64,000 nt of DNA from a virus: positions 98,365 through 162,364 of IMG/VR virus record IMGVR_UViG_3300032308_001297. One strand, 5' to 3'. Made by a program: the position numbers and the translations under genes. Below are positions 39,230-49,183 of this stretch, in pieces. Below the pieces are notes generated by a model. It made no database searches and was not told the DNA's origin. It saw only the letters and a list, made by a program, of their open reading frames with translations. How positions within the stretch are numbered: the first letter of the stretch is position 1; every line of letters starts with the position of its first letter.

Positions 39230-40194
39230 GCAGCTTCTGCCATCTCGACAGCTAGTTCAAGAGCCTTTGTCTTTAGACCCTTATTGTAACCATACCAAGC
39301 AGATTGGATACGAGAGTCTGCAGAACGACCGATAACGTGATCAGTCATGAAAGTAACAGCGTTAAATGGCTGCCACCAGCTACCCTGAGCGAATTCCGAA
39401 CCAGGTTGAGTGTCGATAATGCTGAGGGCGATATCGGCATTCTTAGAGCGTTTACCTTCTTCAGGACTCTTAGAGTTAAGAGGGAAGATACGCTCGAAGT
39501 ATTCAACAATAGATTCAGTCTTAGCCTTCTTAGAACCAAGGAACTGAGCCATCTCCTTATACTTCTGCAACTTGTCAGTAGCAATACCAAGCATATCCTT
39601 CACATCAGAGGCAACGAATTGCTTACGATGCGAAATCTTAACCATACGCTCTACCTTCGAGTTGAGAGACAGAGTAAGAGTATTATTACAGACCACTCGA
39701 ATAGGAGTAAACCGTACGTCTGTAGAAAATCCATACTTATGGAAGTTAGAAAAGAGAAGATAAGAGTCAATTTTATCCCCCTTAAACAATTCAAAAGACT
39801 CTTTAACCTTGGCTAGACCCCAAACGATCTGACCATCTTTCAGCGAACCAGCAGTATGCATCTCCATATCGCCAGCCATAACGAATTCGTTGAAGAAGTC
39901 AAATGCTTCTGCATTCTGCACAGGATTCCAGTCGTCAGAAACAACATCAAGTAGTTTCTTATCCTTTGAACGAATAAGAGCAGATTGTTTAGTTTCAACA
40001 ACACTATCTGGATCATTTTCGTCGAGGATAGCAAAAGTAGGATATTTCTGCACTGTCCAATTAAGACCAGCAGCCTCGAGCATCTGCTCCGGAGTTAGAT
40101 CCGCTGGAACCTTAATACCAAGACCATGCCAAGGAACATCCCCAGCATAAGCCATCTGAGCAACACCATCAATCTCTTCAATCATATGAGCCAT
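39226..40194 (-). CDS. DUF932-family protein
   Basis: PWHGLG..AGLNWTV..PVQNAEAFDF..TPIRVVCNNTL. Confidence 0.88.
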   Translation of the reverse strand: MAHMIEEIDGVAQMAYAGDVPWHGLGIKVPADLTPEQMLEAAGLNWTVQKYPTFAILDENDPDSVVETKQSALIRSKDKKLLDVVSDDWNPVQNAEAFDFFNEFVMAGDMEMHTAGSLKDGQIVWGLAKVKESFELFKGDKIDSYLLFSNFHKYGFSTDVRFTPIRVVCNNTLTLSLNSKVERMVKISHRKQFVASDVKDMLGIATDKLQKYKEMAQFLGSKKAKTESIVEYFERIFPLNSKSPEEGKRSKNADIALSIIDTQPGSEFAQGSWWQPFNAVTFMTDHVIGRSADSRIQSAWYGYNKGLKTKALELAVEMAEAA

Positions 40195-40230
40195 AACAAA
40201 GATCCTTCACTGTTTTCATCTTATAGTATT

Positions 40231-40259
40231 ATATTACCTCGATCTTTTAAAAAAGTCAA
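40231..40259 (-). promoter_or_regulatory. sigma70-type early promoter
   Basis: TTGACT-17-TAATAT. Confidence 0.75.
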
Positions 40260-40267
40260 ACTCTTTT

Positions 40268-40492
40268 TTAGATCGCAGAGGAGATAATAATAGCCTTATC
40301 AATAGTATATTTGTGTTGGAACCTAAAACCTTCTAACCACTCTTTTTGTCTATAGAGCTCTTTTTGCACTTTTTTCTCGTCTTCCTGGTCCACAGAAAGA
40401 TAATCATAAGGACAGTCTTCAACAGATCCGCCATTATTGTAATGTAGTTTACCTTCTTCAAAGAACTGATTGGTGTATTGCCAGTCGTTCAT
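40268..40492 (-). CDS. Hypothetical protein
   Basis: EG..CPY..EWLEG motif. Confidence 0.6.
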   Translation of the reverse strand: MNDWQYTNQFFEEGKLHYNNGGSVEDCPYDYLSVDQEDEKKVQKELYRQKEWLEGFRFQHKYTIDKAIIISSAI

Positions 40493-40493
40493 A

Positions 40494-40712
40494 TTATTCC
40501 TCTTCTTTTACTTCAGGTTTAACTTTTACAGATTTACGATCAACATTTTTAAAATTTTCTGGATGTTTTAGGATTTCTGCTAGAAAAAGAACAGCCTCTT
40601 TAATCTCTTCAGAGTTATAATCTGCAGCTATCTTTTCTTCACGAAGCCATGCACTCAAAAGACAATACGCCTCATTGGCTGCATAATAACTAATTTTATT
40701 ATCAATAAACAT
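40494..40712 (-). CDS. Hypothetical protein
   Basis: ORF in operon. Confidence 0.6.
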   Translation of the reverse strand: MFIDNKISYYAANEAYCLLSAWLREEKIAADYNSEEIKEAVLFLAEILKHPENFKNVDRKSVKVKPEVKEEE

Positions 40713-40723
40713 ATCTTAATCCC

Positions 40724-41044
40724 TTAATCTTTAAAAGAAAAATAAGAATCTATTACAGTACAAAGTTGTGGTTCAAGAGCGTCATAATGCTCTCTATCCA
40801 TAATACCACAAAGAATATCTTGATAATCTTCTGGATCTAGGAATTGTTTACACATTTCTAGATAATCAAATCGTGTTTTAGGTTCCTCAACAGGAATACC
40901 ATTGATATTAGGTCCAGTATATCTTTTTATCTCTTCTGCAACATGAGTAGCGATTACGAGTTTAGCCTTGTCCACGTAATCTTTCATTGCTTCGAGTTCT
41001 AATTGTTTCTTAGACTTAGGAAAAGGAATAACTTCTGCACTCAT
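40724..41044 (-). CDS. Hypothetical protein
   Basis: MSAEVIPFPK start. Confidence 0.65.
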   Translation of the reverse strand: MSAEVIPFPKSKKQLELEAMKDYVDKAKLVIATHVAEEIKRYTGPNINGIPVEEPKTRFDYLEMCKQFLDPEDYQDILCGIMDREHYDALEPQLCTVIDSYFSFKD

Positions 41045-41204
41045 GGTTTTATCTTTCCTGGCACTTTACGCCAAATTTGGCATCGGCTCCCATGACTTTA
41101 CCATGAAGAGTTCCAATATGACACGCCTTCGGTTCAATCTCTACTTGATGCTCCTGACAAACTCCGCTGACGCACATAAAGACAATTGCTGTTATCAATT
41201 TCAT

Positions 41205-41732
41205 TTATATATCTCCTATTACACGGAACTTGTAAGCAATACTTATTCTCATAGACTTACAATGAACCGTAGGTTCGAGAGGACAATGCGGCATTTTAGA
41301 ATTGAAAAGAACTGCCGAATTGCTCTTTGGAAAGATATTTTCGATAATCTTTCCACCTGTTTGCATAAGAATAAGATGACCACCATATTCTGGTTTCCAA
41401 TTCTTATGATGATAATACACTAATGTGTAATATTCACCTTCAGTTTCTTCTAATACGTCAACATGAGGGATACCACATTGACCGTGCGTATTACCGTTGG
41501 CGTATATTTTTATGGTTTCAATTTTTTTATTGAGAAATTTTTCTATCTTTGTTTTAAACAAATTTTCTATTAACAAAGAAGTTGATAGATTTTTGTCCCA
41601 ATGATAGATAGGCTCTTGAACTTCAGGTATTGAAGAGCCTACCAATTCCCAGCTATACATTTTAAATTCTTTGTCGAGAATATTTCTTTCTTCTTGCGTA
41701 AGAAATTCTTCATCGACAAAAATATCACGCAT
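41205..41732 (-). CDS. 2OG-Fe(II) oxygenase
   Basis: PHVD..TLVYY..WKPEYGG..PH..RISIAYK. Confidence 0.85.
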   Translation of the reverse strand: MRDIFVDEEFLTQEERNILDKEFKMYSWELVGSSIPEVQEPIYHWDKNLSTSLLIENLFKTKIEKFLNKKIETIKIYANGNTHGQCGIPHVDVLEETEGEYYTLVYYHHKNWKPEYGGHLILMQTGGKIIENIFPKSNSAVLFNSKMPHCPLEPTVHCKSMRISIAYKFRVIGDI

Positions 41733-42340
41733 TATACTTGAAACTTAAATGTTCCTGTAATGCTTGTTCTATAAGTTTCATTCTTAAAACAAGGTCTCAC
41801 AGCATGTTGCAATTCACACGGAAAAAGAATGAAATTATTATTCCAATCTTCATTGACAGAAATTACGTATTCTTTCATTTTTCCTAACACGTCTGTATAA
41901 TATAGGGAAAAATTAGAATTTTTTTCTTCTGTTGGCTTGATGAAAGAAGGAGTAACCTTCAGACCAACATCAATCCATACAATAAACGAAAAAATACCAT
42001 CATGCTTATGAGGAAGGTTACATTCATGACGATCCAAAAAATTCACCATAAGAGTATCTAATACCAATGGAGCGCCATTAGTAAGATAATTAATCTCGCT
42101 TTCATAACCAAATGTATTTAAATAAGCTGAAACGTAAGGTAGGAGTAGTTTTTCTGCATGATGTTTTGATTTATAAAGATCGTAATCTTTAGAAATTATT
42201 CTTCTACCAGAAGATCTTAACTCTTCTTTAACGTCTTCTAGCTCAAGAATTTCATTCTTGATAGGAGCCAAGTCTCCATCAGAAAATTCTGACTGAATGA
42301 ATCCATAATTAGGAAACGTATTAACGACATACTCTTGCAT
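41732..42340 (-). CDS. Putative 2OG-Fe(II) oxygenase
   Basis: PHKHDGIFSF..LFPCELQHAV..RTSITG. Confidence 0.8.
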   Translation of the reverse strand: MQEYVVNTFPNYGFIQSEFSDGDLAPIKNEILELEDVKEELRSSGRRIISKDYDLYKSKHHAEKLLLPYVSAYLNTFGYESEINYLTNGAPLVLDTLMVNFLDRHECNLPHKHDGIFSFIVWIDVGLKVTPSFIKPTEEKNSNFSLYYTDVLGKMKEYVISVNEDWNNNFILFPCELQHAVRPCFKNETYRTSITGTFKFQV

Positions 42341-42341
42341 T

Positions 42342-42527
42342 TCATTTTACCTCATTTTTAATTTCTACAAAATACTTTTTCAATTCAGGAGAAGCGTTAG
42401 ATAAAGTAGACCCACAAACTCCTATTCTGATTAACTGAGATAATTCAGTTATTTCATCTATAGATATCGTATCATCTGGTTTAAATTCAAACAAAGTTGT
42501 TTGATCAAATTTTGGTTTCTTTTTCAA
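42342..42527 (-). CDS. Hypothetical protein
   Basis: AAGGTG SD, TTG start. Confidence 0.55.
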   Translation of the reverse strand: MKKKPKFDQTTLFEFKPDDTISIDEITELSQLIRIGVCGSTLSNASPELKKYFVEIKNEVK

Positions 42528-42542
42528 AGTTCACCTTTTTAG

Positions 42543-42618
42543 TGGTGCTGGCGGAGAGAGTCGAACTCCCGACCTACTGATTACTAATCAGTTGCTCTAC
42601 CAACTGAGCTACGCCAGC
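42543..42618 (-). tRNA. tRNA-Thr(AGU)
   Basis: GCTGGCG acceptor stem; anticodon arm ACTGA-TT-AGT-AA-TCAGT; GTTCGAC; encoded CCA. Confidence 0.92.
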
Positions 42619-43199
42619 TTATATTCAGTATCTTCACTCTTCACAGTAATATCAATTCTACTAAAAAACATAGTAAAAGTCAATCTTGAAGTTTCTTCTT
42701 CTCCGAAACCACACATAGCTGAATGTTTGAGTTTAGATTTATATAATACTAATCTATTATATTTGTTTTCTACATATTCTATTTTATCATCCTCTAGATA
42801 TATCATTGTACCGCTATTAATCGGAGGATCTTCATTAAGATAAACAACTCCAGCGTATATACATTTTGGGTCTTTATGAATCCAACCATTTTCGAATATA
42901 CACGTTTTATCTAATCTATGGAAAAAGAAAGTTCCTTCCCAATTATAATTATAAGAAAATTTATCGTAAGCATCGATGAAACAAGAATTAATTACATCAT
43001 TTATTAACAAATCTGCTTTTTCACCGTGATCTTTAGAAATTTTATGGAGAGGAAATGTTCTTTTTCCTCTCCAATAAGTTTTTCTTTCGTCGGTAAATCG
43101 ATGTGTATTATTTTCTCCGTATCTTTGTAAGTTTGCCCATTTTACAATTTCTTCTGGATACCGGAAAATGTCATCAATTACGTGAACGTCTTTTAACAT
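42609..43199 (-). CDS. 2OG-Fe(II) oxygenase-like protein (DUF6445-type)
   Basis: VIDDIF..WRGKRT..WIHKD..AGVVYLN..NRLVLY..H..RLT. Confidence 0.8.
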   Translation of the reverse strand: MLKDVHVIDDIFRYPEEIVKWANLQRYGENNTHRFTDERKTYWRGKRTFPLHKISKDHGEKADLLINDVINSCFIDAYDKFSYNYNWEGTFFFHRLDKTCIFENGWIHKDPKCIYAGVVYLNEDPPINSGTMIYLEDDKIEYVENKYNRLVLYKSKLKHSAMCGFGEEETSRLTFTMFFSRIDITVKSEDTEYKLA

Positions 43200-43608
43200 C
43201 TATCAACCTTACTACATCTTCTAGATTATATTCGAATGTTTCAATTTTTATATCGTATTTATCTGGGATTTCAAATATATTATTAGTGTCTTCATACCTA
43301 CTTTTTTTAATAGTATCCATCCAAATTATTATATCCGCATTAAAATAATCTCTATATGAATTTCTAGGACAAATAAAATCACAAACAACTATTATATTAA
43401 TTTCGTCGCATTTATCTGCACATTCAGTCATTCTAATTAATTGTCTAGATCTTCCAACCTCGCTGAAATCCCAATCGTTGTATTGTTCTCTCATATGATC
43501 GCCATTATAATAAACAACTGGCAAATTACTATCGTCTAATAAATCAAATAATTTATTACTAAAAACAGTCTTTCCGCTTCCTGGAAGACCAGTTACTAGT
43601 ATTTTCAT
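43174..43608 (-). CDS. Adenylyl-sulfate-kinase-like P-loop protein
   Basis: GLPGSGKT, NGD..R..DWDFS..GR.RQ, DFICP. Confidence 0.75.
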   Translation of the reverse strand: MKILVTGLPGSGKTVFSNKLFDLLDDSNLPVVYYNGDHMREQYNDWDFSEVGRSRQLIRMTECADKCDEINIIVVCDFICPRNSYRDYFNADIIIWMDTIKKSRYEDTNNIFEIPDKYDIKIETFEYNLEDVVRLIDVKRRSRN

Positions 43609-45222
43609 TTAATCCTGACCATCGTAAACATTTTCTTTTAGATAATCATACATAGTAGGACAATCTTTAACGATTTCTTTCCACTCAGCTTTTTTCTTAT
43701 CAAGATTATCGGCTGCATTCTTGAACCTTTCTTGCCATTCTTCTAAAGAAAGATCATTATATGCGCAAATAGCATCTATGTCAGTTGGAAAATAATTCAT
43801 ACCAGAAGCAATATATGGTATTCCACTCATTCCACCAAATCCAAAATTCTCCATCTTGGCGTCTGCAGCCCTTGTGAAGGCGCTATCAATAGATCTATCG
43901 ACAATTTTCATTTCTTCGCCGAAATTTCTACTACCAATATCTCTCCAATAAGGAGTATCGTCTCGATGAGACAAAGCGTAATGTAAAGCCACGAAATCCG
44001 CAAAATCTTTGAAGTATTTTCTACATGCAAAATTATAAACGTCTATGTCCCACTGACTAACATATCCTTCGGGATCTCTGTTAAGAGTGCGAACCATTCT
44101 CATGACAAACTCATGAACGCTTAACAAACCATTACTTTCTAACGGCTCAATAAATCCAGCAGACAATCCAATTGCTGCTACGTTTTTAACCCAAATACGT
44201 TCATGAATACCAACACGTGATTTGATGTTCTTGAATTTGATCCCTTGATTATGGAAATCCATCTCATCATCAAAGTGGCCAGTACCACGTAGATACTCTT
44301 TAAATTCTTCTAGTGCATCTTCATCGCTAATATATTTGTCGGAATAAACATATCCAGTCCCTATGCGACTCCACAAAGGAATTGTCCAAACCCATCCATT
44401 ATTGATGGCGTGACAGTTTGTATATGTAATCATTTCTCTACGTTTGTCGACATAAGGAATCTGAGCAGCCCAAGCAGAATTATTAGGAAGAATATGACTT
44501 AAAGAAATAAACGGTTCTTTTAAAGCTCCAGCCATGAGAATGGATCTAAAACCTGTGCAATCGATGAATAGATCTGCTGTAACCCTTTCGCCATTATCTA
44601 ACTGAAGAAAATTAATACCATTTTCGTCATCATAATCAACCATTTTTACTTCTGCTAATATATTCTTCACTCCTCGAGGGATAGAATATTCTGTTCTCAA
44701 CCAATTAGCAAATTTGATTGCATTAAAATGGTAGGCAGTATCTGTTCTGAATTTATAAGAAGGTAGAACACTATCTACTGAAATTTTATTTTCATTCACG
44801 AGTGCCATGATAGGGCACAAACAATCAGCATAATCGCTAGTTGGAGTTTCTGGGTATAAAAACTTTTTAAAATACCAATCATTCAGCTTTGCAACATTGC
44901 CGTCTGTGTTAACTGATCCAAACGGATAATGAAAAGCGCCAGCGCCTTTTTTATAAAAATCTTGAAATCTAATAGAAAGTTTGTAGGTTGCATCTGTAAT
45001 CTTCATGAAATCTTTATCTTTGATCTCAAGAAGTTTTAGCCAAGCATTGATATGCCCTAATGTGCTTTCTCCAACACCAACTGTTGGAATATTCGGTGAT
45101 TCGATTAATGTAATTTTTTTGTTTGGAAATACTTTAATTAACGTAGCAGCAGTCATCCATCCAGCTGATCCACCACCAACAATCACAATTTCATTAATTT
45201 TCTTGCTCATTTTACACCCCAA
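43609..45222 (-). CDS. Flavin-dependent (tryptophan-type) halogenase
   Basis: GGGSAG, GVGEST, ATYK (catalytic Lys), WVWTIP, FIEPLESNG. Confidence 0.93.
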   Translation of the reverse strand: MGCKMSKKINEIVIVGGGSAGWMTAATLIKVFPNKKITLIESPNIPTVGVGESTLGHINAWLKLLEIKDKDFMKITDATYKLSIRFQDFYKKGAGAFHYPFGSVNTDGNVAKLNDWYFKKFLYPETPTSDYADCLCPIMALVNENKISVDSVLPSYKFRTDTAYHFNAIKFANWLRTEYSIPRGVKNILAEVKMVDYDDENGINFLQLDNGERVTADLFIDCTGFRSILMAGALKEPFISLSHILPNNSAWAAQIPYVDKRREMITYTNCHAINNGWVWTIPLWSRIGTGYVYSDKYISDEDALEEFKEYLRGTGHFDDEMDFHNQGIKFKNIKSRVGIHERIWVKNVAAIGLSAGFIEPLESNGLLSVHEFVMRMVRTLNRDPEGYVSQWDIDVYNFACRKYFKDFADFVALHYALSHRDDTPYWRDIGSRNFGEEMKIVDRSIDSAFTRAADAKMENFGFGGMSGIPYIASGMNYFPTDIDAICAYNDLSLEEWQERFKNAADNLDKKKAEWKEIVKDCPTMYDYLKENVYDGQD

Positions 45223-45241
45223 AATACATTAAGAACGATTA

Positions 45242-45979
45242 TTATTTACCACTGAAAGGACAACTTCTTTTTTCATTTCTTTTTATTAAACCTTTAACTT
45301 TCCTCCACCCAAAAAAACTATAAGAGGGAGCGTGAACTTTTTTACCGTATTCTCCTTTGGTAAGGAGATGAACTTTATGTTTTAGTTTCTTTTCGCTTAA
45401 AGGTATAATATGAACCATAGGGTTTCCCATATTAATAATAAACTGATCTTGTTTCCTTGGAATCATAATGAAGAAATTACCAGAGGCGGCAAGATTAAAA
45501 TTTACTACTCCTGGTAGAACTTTGATATCATAATCGCCCAAACACCACTCAGCGCCAACAAACAAAAAATTTATATTTTCGTTGCATTCGAATAACCAAG
45601 GAGAACATATTTTCAAATTAAAATATTTTGAAAAAGCATTACCATATTGTTCAGTGTCATGAGAAACTGGATCTGGTGGTCCTGAAAAGAAACATTGAAA
45701 CTTATCATTTTCCGTCTTGATGCCCATGTCACACCAAGATTCCATTACTACACCTTTTTTATAAAACTCTAAAAATCCATAACAAGATCTTATGTTTCTA
45801 TATCTAACTGATGCATTATCAAAATCTAACTCAACAGGGTTTTCAGGAACATAAATGTTATGAAACCAATCTGGGATTGTCTTCGAAGCACTAACTATAG
45901 GCGTGTATTTATAAACATTTGGATCACAAGTAAAGCAATCCAAATTTAATTCTGGTGTTCTATGAAAAAAACTGAACAT
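45242..45979 (-). CDS. Hypothetical protein (beta-rich phage family)
   Basis: PDWF..SCYGF..KICSPW..LPGVV..CPF end. Confidence 0.7.
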   Translation of the reverse strand: MFSFFHRTPELNLDCFTCDPNVYKYTPIVSASKTIPDWFHNIYVPENPVELDFDNASVRYRNIRSCYGFLEFYKKGVVMESWCDMGIKTENDKFQCFFSGPPDPVSHDTEQYGNAFSKYFNLKICSPWLFECNENINFLFVGAEWCLGDYDIKVLPGVVNFNLAASGNFFIMIPRKQDQFIINMGNPMVHIIPLSEKKLKHKVHLLTKGEYGKKVHAPSYSFFGWRKVKGLIKRNEKRSCPFSGK

Positions 45980-46776
45980 TAATAAGCACTTAATCTCACT
46001 GTTGATTTTGCATCTTTTCCTAGAGACAAATCAGCTGGTTTATGATTTCTTAACATTTTAAATTTATTAATACCTAATTGCAGGTATGGTTCCATTTCCC
46101 AACGTTGATTCTGTCCATCATACTGATACATATATCTAGGGTCTTTCTGAGAACACTCAAAATCTAAACCTTTGTCGCCTCTGTTAAATTTAGAAAAATA
46201 ACCATAACAGAGTTTGGCTGGACATTTGAATGCGCATCCAGTTGTCAGGAACAGTCTCAATCTATCAAGAACTTCTTTGTCTAAAGAAGCCAAGAGCTCT
46301 AAATTCACATTAAAAGCAGATGGTAAAGGAACAACTGTGTCATATAATTCAAGAGATTTTTGTAAAGTGTAAACATCAGAGATTTCTTTAATTACTGATG
46401 CTTCTAATTTATAGAGCGGAAAGTCTCTACGAATCCATTTTGCTAGATTATTTTTTACGATAATAATAGAATTACCTTCACGATGATATTTTTCCAGAAA
46501 AGGAATTGCTTCTTTATATAGATCTTCGGTAACTAAAGAAGAAGTGAGGGGTATTCTGAAACCAATATTACGATCATACATCCACTGTAGATCGTTTTCT
46601 GTTAATTCTGGAGTTAGGTATGGTCTTCCGCCATATATTCTGCATTTTTCTTCGGCAAATCCAAATATTGAATCCAACTTCTCAAATTCAACATCTGAGA
46701 ATCCCATTTTCAAAAAATCTTCAATTGATTGAGAGGGTAATTTAGCTCTGGCCGAAACTGTTAATGTATAATTCAT
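45979..46776 (-). CDS. U32-family-like Cys-motif protein
   Basis: LEASVIK; GCAFKCPAKLCY..EC cluster; GINKFK. Confidence 0.5.
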   Translation of the reverse strand: MNYTLTVSARAKLPSQSIEDFLKMGFSDVEFEKLDSIFGFAEEKCRIYGGRPYLTPELTENDLQWMYDRNIGFRIPLTSSLVTEDLYKEAIPFLEKYHREGNSIIIVKNNLAKWIRRDFPLYKLEASVIKEISDVYTLQKSLELYDTVVPLPSAFNVNLELLASLDKEVLDRLRLFLTTGCAFKCPAKLCYGYFSKFNRGDKGLDFECSQKDPRYMYQYDGQNQRWEMEPYLQLGINKFKMLRNHKPADLSLGKDAKSTVRLSAY

Positions 46777-46800
46777 TCACTGCCTCCATTTAATATGATA

Positions 46801-46808
46801 TATTTATT
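46801..46808 (-). promoter_or_regulatory. Late promoter (AATAAATA) heading the halogenase operon
   Basis: Motif 25 nt upstream of the ATG, with a GGAGG SD. Confidence 0.55.
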
Positions 46809-46973
46809 CTTCGAGGCGAGTATATGTAAGATACGAACTCAAAGCACCACAAAGCGCCATCAGGGCGCAAATGAAATTTATTGTATTATTTTCTAAAACA
46901 AACATAAAGAATGCATTCGTCAATACGAAGAACACATTAATCTTAAACATGAAATGATGGAACTTAGGATTGT

Positions 46974-47177
46974 CTAACATTTTTTCCTCTTAATCTTGGC
47001 AAATTTAATATAATCGCCAAGCATAGCATTAGCAACACGTCGTCGATTGCTATCAAGCATATTAGACATATGAATAAGAACAGTTTCTAATATTTCTAGA
47101 CGATCAGTATGTTTAAGAGTATCATTCGCATAACACTCTTGAACTAAATTTCTTATTGTTTCATCAATTGGCGCCAT
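46974..47177 (-). CDS. Hypothetical protein
   Basis: ORF with SD. Confidence 0.6.
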   Translation of the reverse strand: MAPIDETIRNLVQECYANDTLKHTDRLEILETVLIHMSNMLDSNRRRVANAMLGDYIKFAKIKRKKC

Positions 47178-47184
47178 CTCAACC

Positions 47185-47454
47185 TCAATGACAATCGTCT
47201 AACATTGTTTCTCTTCTGTTTTCGACACGCCAGCCACGTTCCCATTCTTTCCAAGCGTATGAGTCTTTTTCATATGGATTTCTTGATCCACTAATATAGG
47301 CATATTGCCCTTCTTCGTAATAAGAAAACAGATCTTCGATATTTTGTTCTTCTTTCATTTCTAAATCTTTATCTGACATAACGCTCATTTTAATCCCACA
47401 ATCCTCGATAATACTTACCGAACAATCTAAATCCGTTATTGATTTTATTATCAT
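47185..47454 (-). CDS. Hypothetical protein (true start likely ~47388)
   Basis: EEG..NPY..EWERGW motif. Confidence 0.55.
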   Translation of the reverse strand: MIIKSITDLDCSVSIIEDCGIKMSVMSDKDLEMKEEQNIEDLFSYYEEGQYAYISGSRNPYEKDSYAWKEWERGWRVENRRETMLDDCH

Positions 47455-48010
47455 ACTCTATAATACCATTTCTGTCAATCCAATAATCCGGATTCTTTTG
47501 TTTCATTTCATATAAAGCGCTGTCATCTTCCTCTCTACCAGAAACAATAATCCATTCTATATCGGATTCGCCATGAACAAACTTATCTTCCCAGGAATCA
47601 TCAAGTTCTTGCTCAAAGGCCCAAATCATTTCATTAAGAACCCATTCCCACTTGTAATGAATCCAGTTATCATCATCTCCACCATGACGCATATGCAAAG
47701 GAAGATCCTCATCATCAACCAATTGTGAACCGTGAATGTTGTCTTTTAGCTGCTTGAGCATAGGAAGGATGATATGTGCGAGAGTTGTATTCATATTCCA
47801 AGTATCATATTCGTCAATACGAACTTTGATATTGCGTTTAGTTTTGCTGTATAACCATTCACAAACAGTATTAACCCAAGTCTTGGAAAGCCATTCACCA
47901 ATATTGTGATGTGTATCTTCACTAACGAATGGAATTAGTTCGGCAATTTGATATGGTCCCCACCATTTTTTATACGGTCCAATGTAAACTTTCATAGGTA
48001 TTTTCTCCAA
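47390..48010 (-). CDS. Conserved phage hypothetical protein
   Basis: DTWNMNTTLAHIILPMLKQL..WVLNEMIWAF..GFRLFGKYYRGLWD. Confidence 0.8.
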   Translation of the reverse strand: MEKIPMKVYIGPYKKWWGPYQIAELIPFVSEDTHHNIGEWLSKTWVNTVCEWLYSKTKRNIKVRIDEYDTWNMNTTLAHIILPMLKQLKDNIHGSQLVDDEDLPLHMRHGGDDDNWIHYKWEWVLNEMIWAFEQELDDSWEDKFVHGESDIEWIIVSGREEDDSALYEMKQKNPDYWIDRNGIIEYDNKINNGFRLFGKYYRGLWD

Positions 48011-48597
48011 TCATATTCAACATCACCATAATATGGGTCGTCTTTTTTACCAAAATCCATTATGAGATGGATTCGATTTTCTTCTGAATCATTCCTACCG
48101 GAATGAGGGATGTTATTATTAAATTCTATAACCTCGCCGACTTTCATATGAAGAGATTTATCAACAGTTGGAAATTTAAAAATAACGTTTTCGTTGGTTT
48201 TAATAGGAACATGTATTCGAATTGTTGATTCGTAATGATACATAAAATCTGTATGTTCTAATATAACGCTATGGGGTCTCATAATGGTTATCGATATTCT
48301 TTTACATTGTTTATTTTTATAATGTTGATCAAATATTTCTGTAATCTCTTCCAATTCGTTTTTAAAGAGATTAAGAAGTTCTTTGTTAATAATAAGATTT
48401 TGTAATATTATATTTTGTTTTTCTGGTAGAGCGAAAAGATAAACCATATTATAATATTGGATCTTGTCCATTATATTATATGGAGGACCAGGATCAAAAA
48501 ATAATTTGTTCCAATCATTTGGGGTTATAATTTCAGTTTTTTCAATTAGAGAAGTAGCATCAATATTCCCTAATAATTTAAAAGCATTTTTTCCCAC
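47992..48597 (-). CDS. Asp/Asn beta-hydroxylase-family 2OG oxygenase
   Basis: HTD..RIHVPIKTN..GEVIEFNN..HSGRN..RIHLIMD. Confidence 0.85.
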   Translation of the reverse strand: MGKNAFKLLGNIDATSLIEKTEIITPNDWNKLFFDPGPPYNIMDKIQYYNMVYLFALPEKQNIILQNLIINKELLNLFKNELEEITEIFDQHYKNKQCKRISITIMRPHSVILEHTDFMYHYESTIRIHVPIKTNENVIFKFPTVDKSLHMKVGEVIEFNNNIPHSGRNDSEENRIHLIMDFGKKDDPYYGDVEYDWRKYL

Positions 48598-48603
48598 AAA
48601 ATA

Positions 48604-49170
48604 TTACTTTCCTAGATTAACCATATCCAATAATTTTCTGATAGTTTCCTCGTTAATATGTTCATTATTCTCAGTAGTGAGTTCTAATCCTATTTGTTTG
48701 GCAAATTCTAAAACTTCATCTAATTGTAAATTTGGTTTGTTTTCCTGCCACGCTTTGAAGTCAACATTCCAGTAATATTCTTTACCATCGTCTGGTTTTG
48801 GAACTGGTGGAACGAGACTCATAGTTCCTTCGTCAAAAACCCAATCGCTCATTTTTGGATTTATTTTTTTATATTTTTCAATTATTTCATTTTTTTCTTG
48901 ATCGCTAATTCTAGTAATATGATGAACTTCATGCCAAGTTTCTTGGCCATATTGTTCTGAAAGTTCTGGACTATGTTCATAATCTAGATAATAATATTTT
49001 TCGTATGGATGCAATTCCGGAATTGGCGTTTTGACAAACTTAACAAATCCTGCAGGAGGATTAGTAGGATCAAAATCTATGATCATATCAATAAGATTTT
49101 GTTCTAGGATTGGATGAGTTTGTGGTCTGCCATCTTCGCCGATTTTAATGAATAATGATTGTTCTGTCAT
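48604..49170 (-). CDS. Hypothetical protein, possible fibre-assembly chaperone
   Basis: W.FDE..PPVPKPDDGKEYYWN motif; follows a Gly-rich gene. Confidence 0.6.
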   Translation of the reverse strand: MTEQSLFIKIGEDGRPQTHPILEQNLIDMIIDFDPTNPPAGFVKFVKTPIPELHPYEKYYYLDYEHSPELSEQYGQETWHEVHHITRISDQEKNEIIEKYKKINPKMSDWVFDEGTMSLVPPVPKPDDGKEYYWNVDFKAWQENKPNLQLDEVLEFAKQIGLELTTENNEHINEETIRKLLDMVNLGK

Positions 49171-49183
49171 TTATTAATTCCTT

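Noticed and set aside
38065-39816. Long alternative-frame or antisense ORFs (38065..38586, 39304..39816)
   Set aside because: Nested in conserved genes; by-products of codon bias
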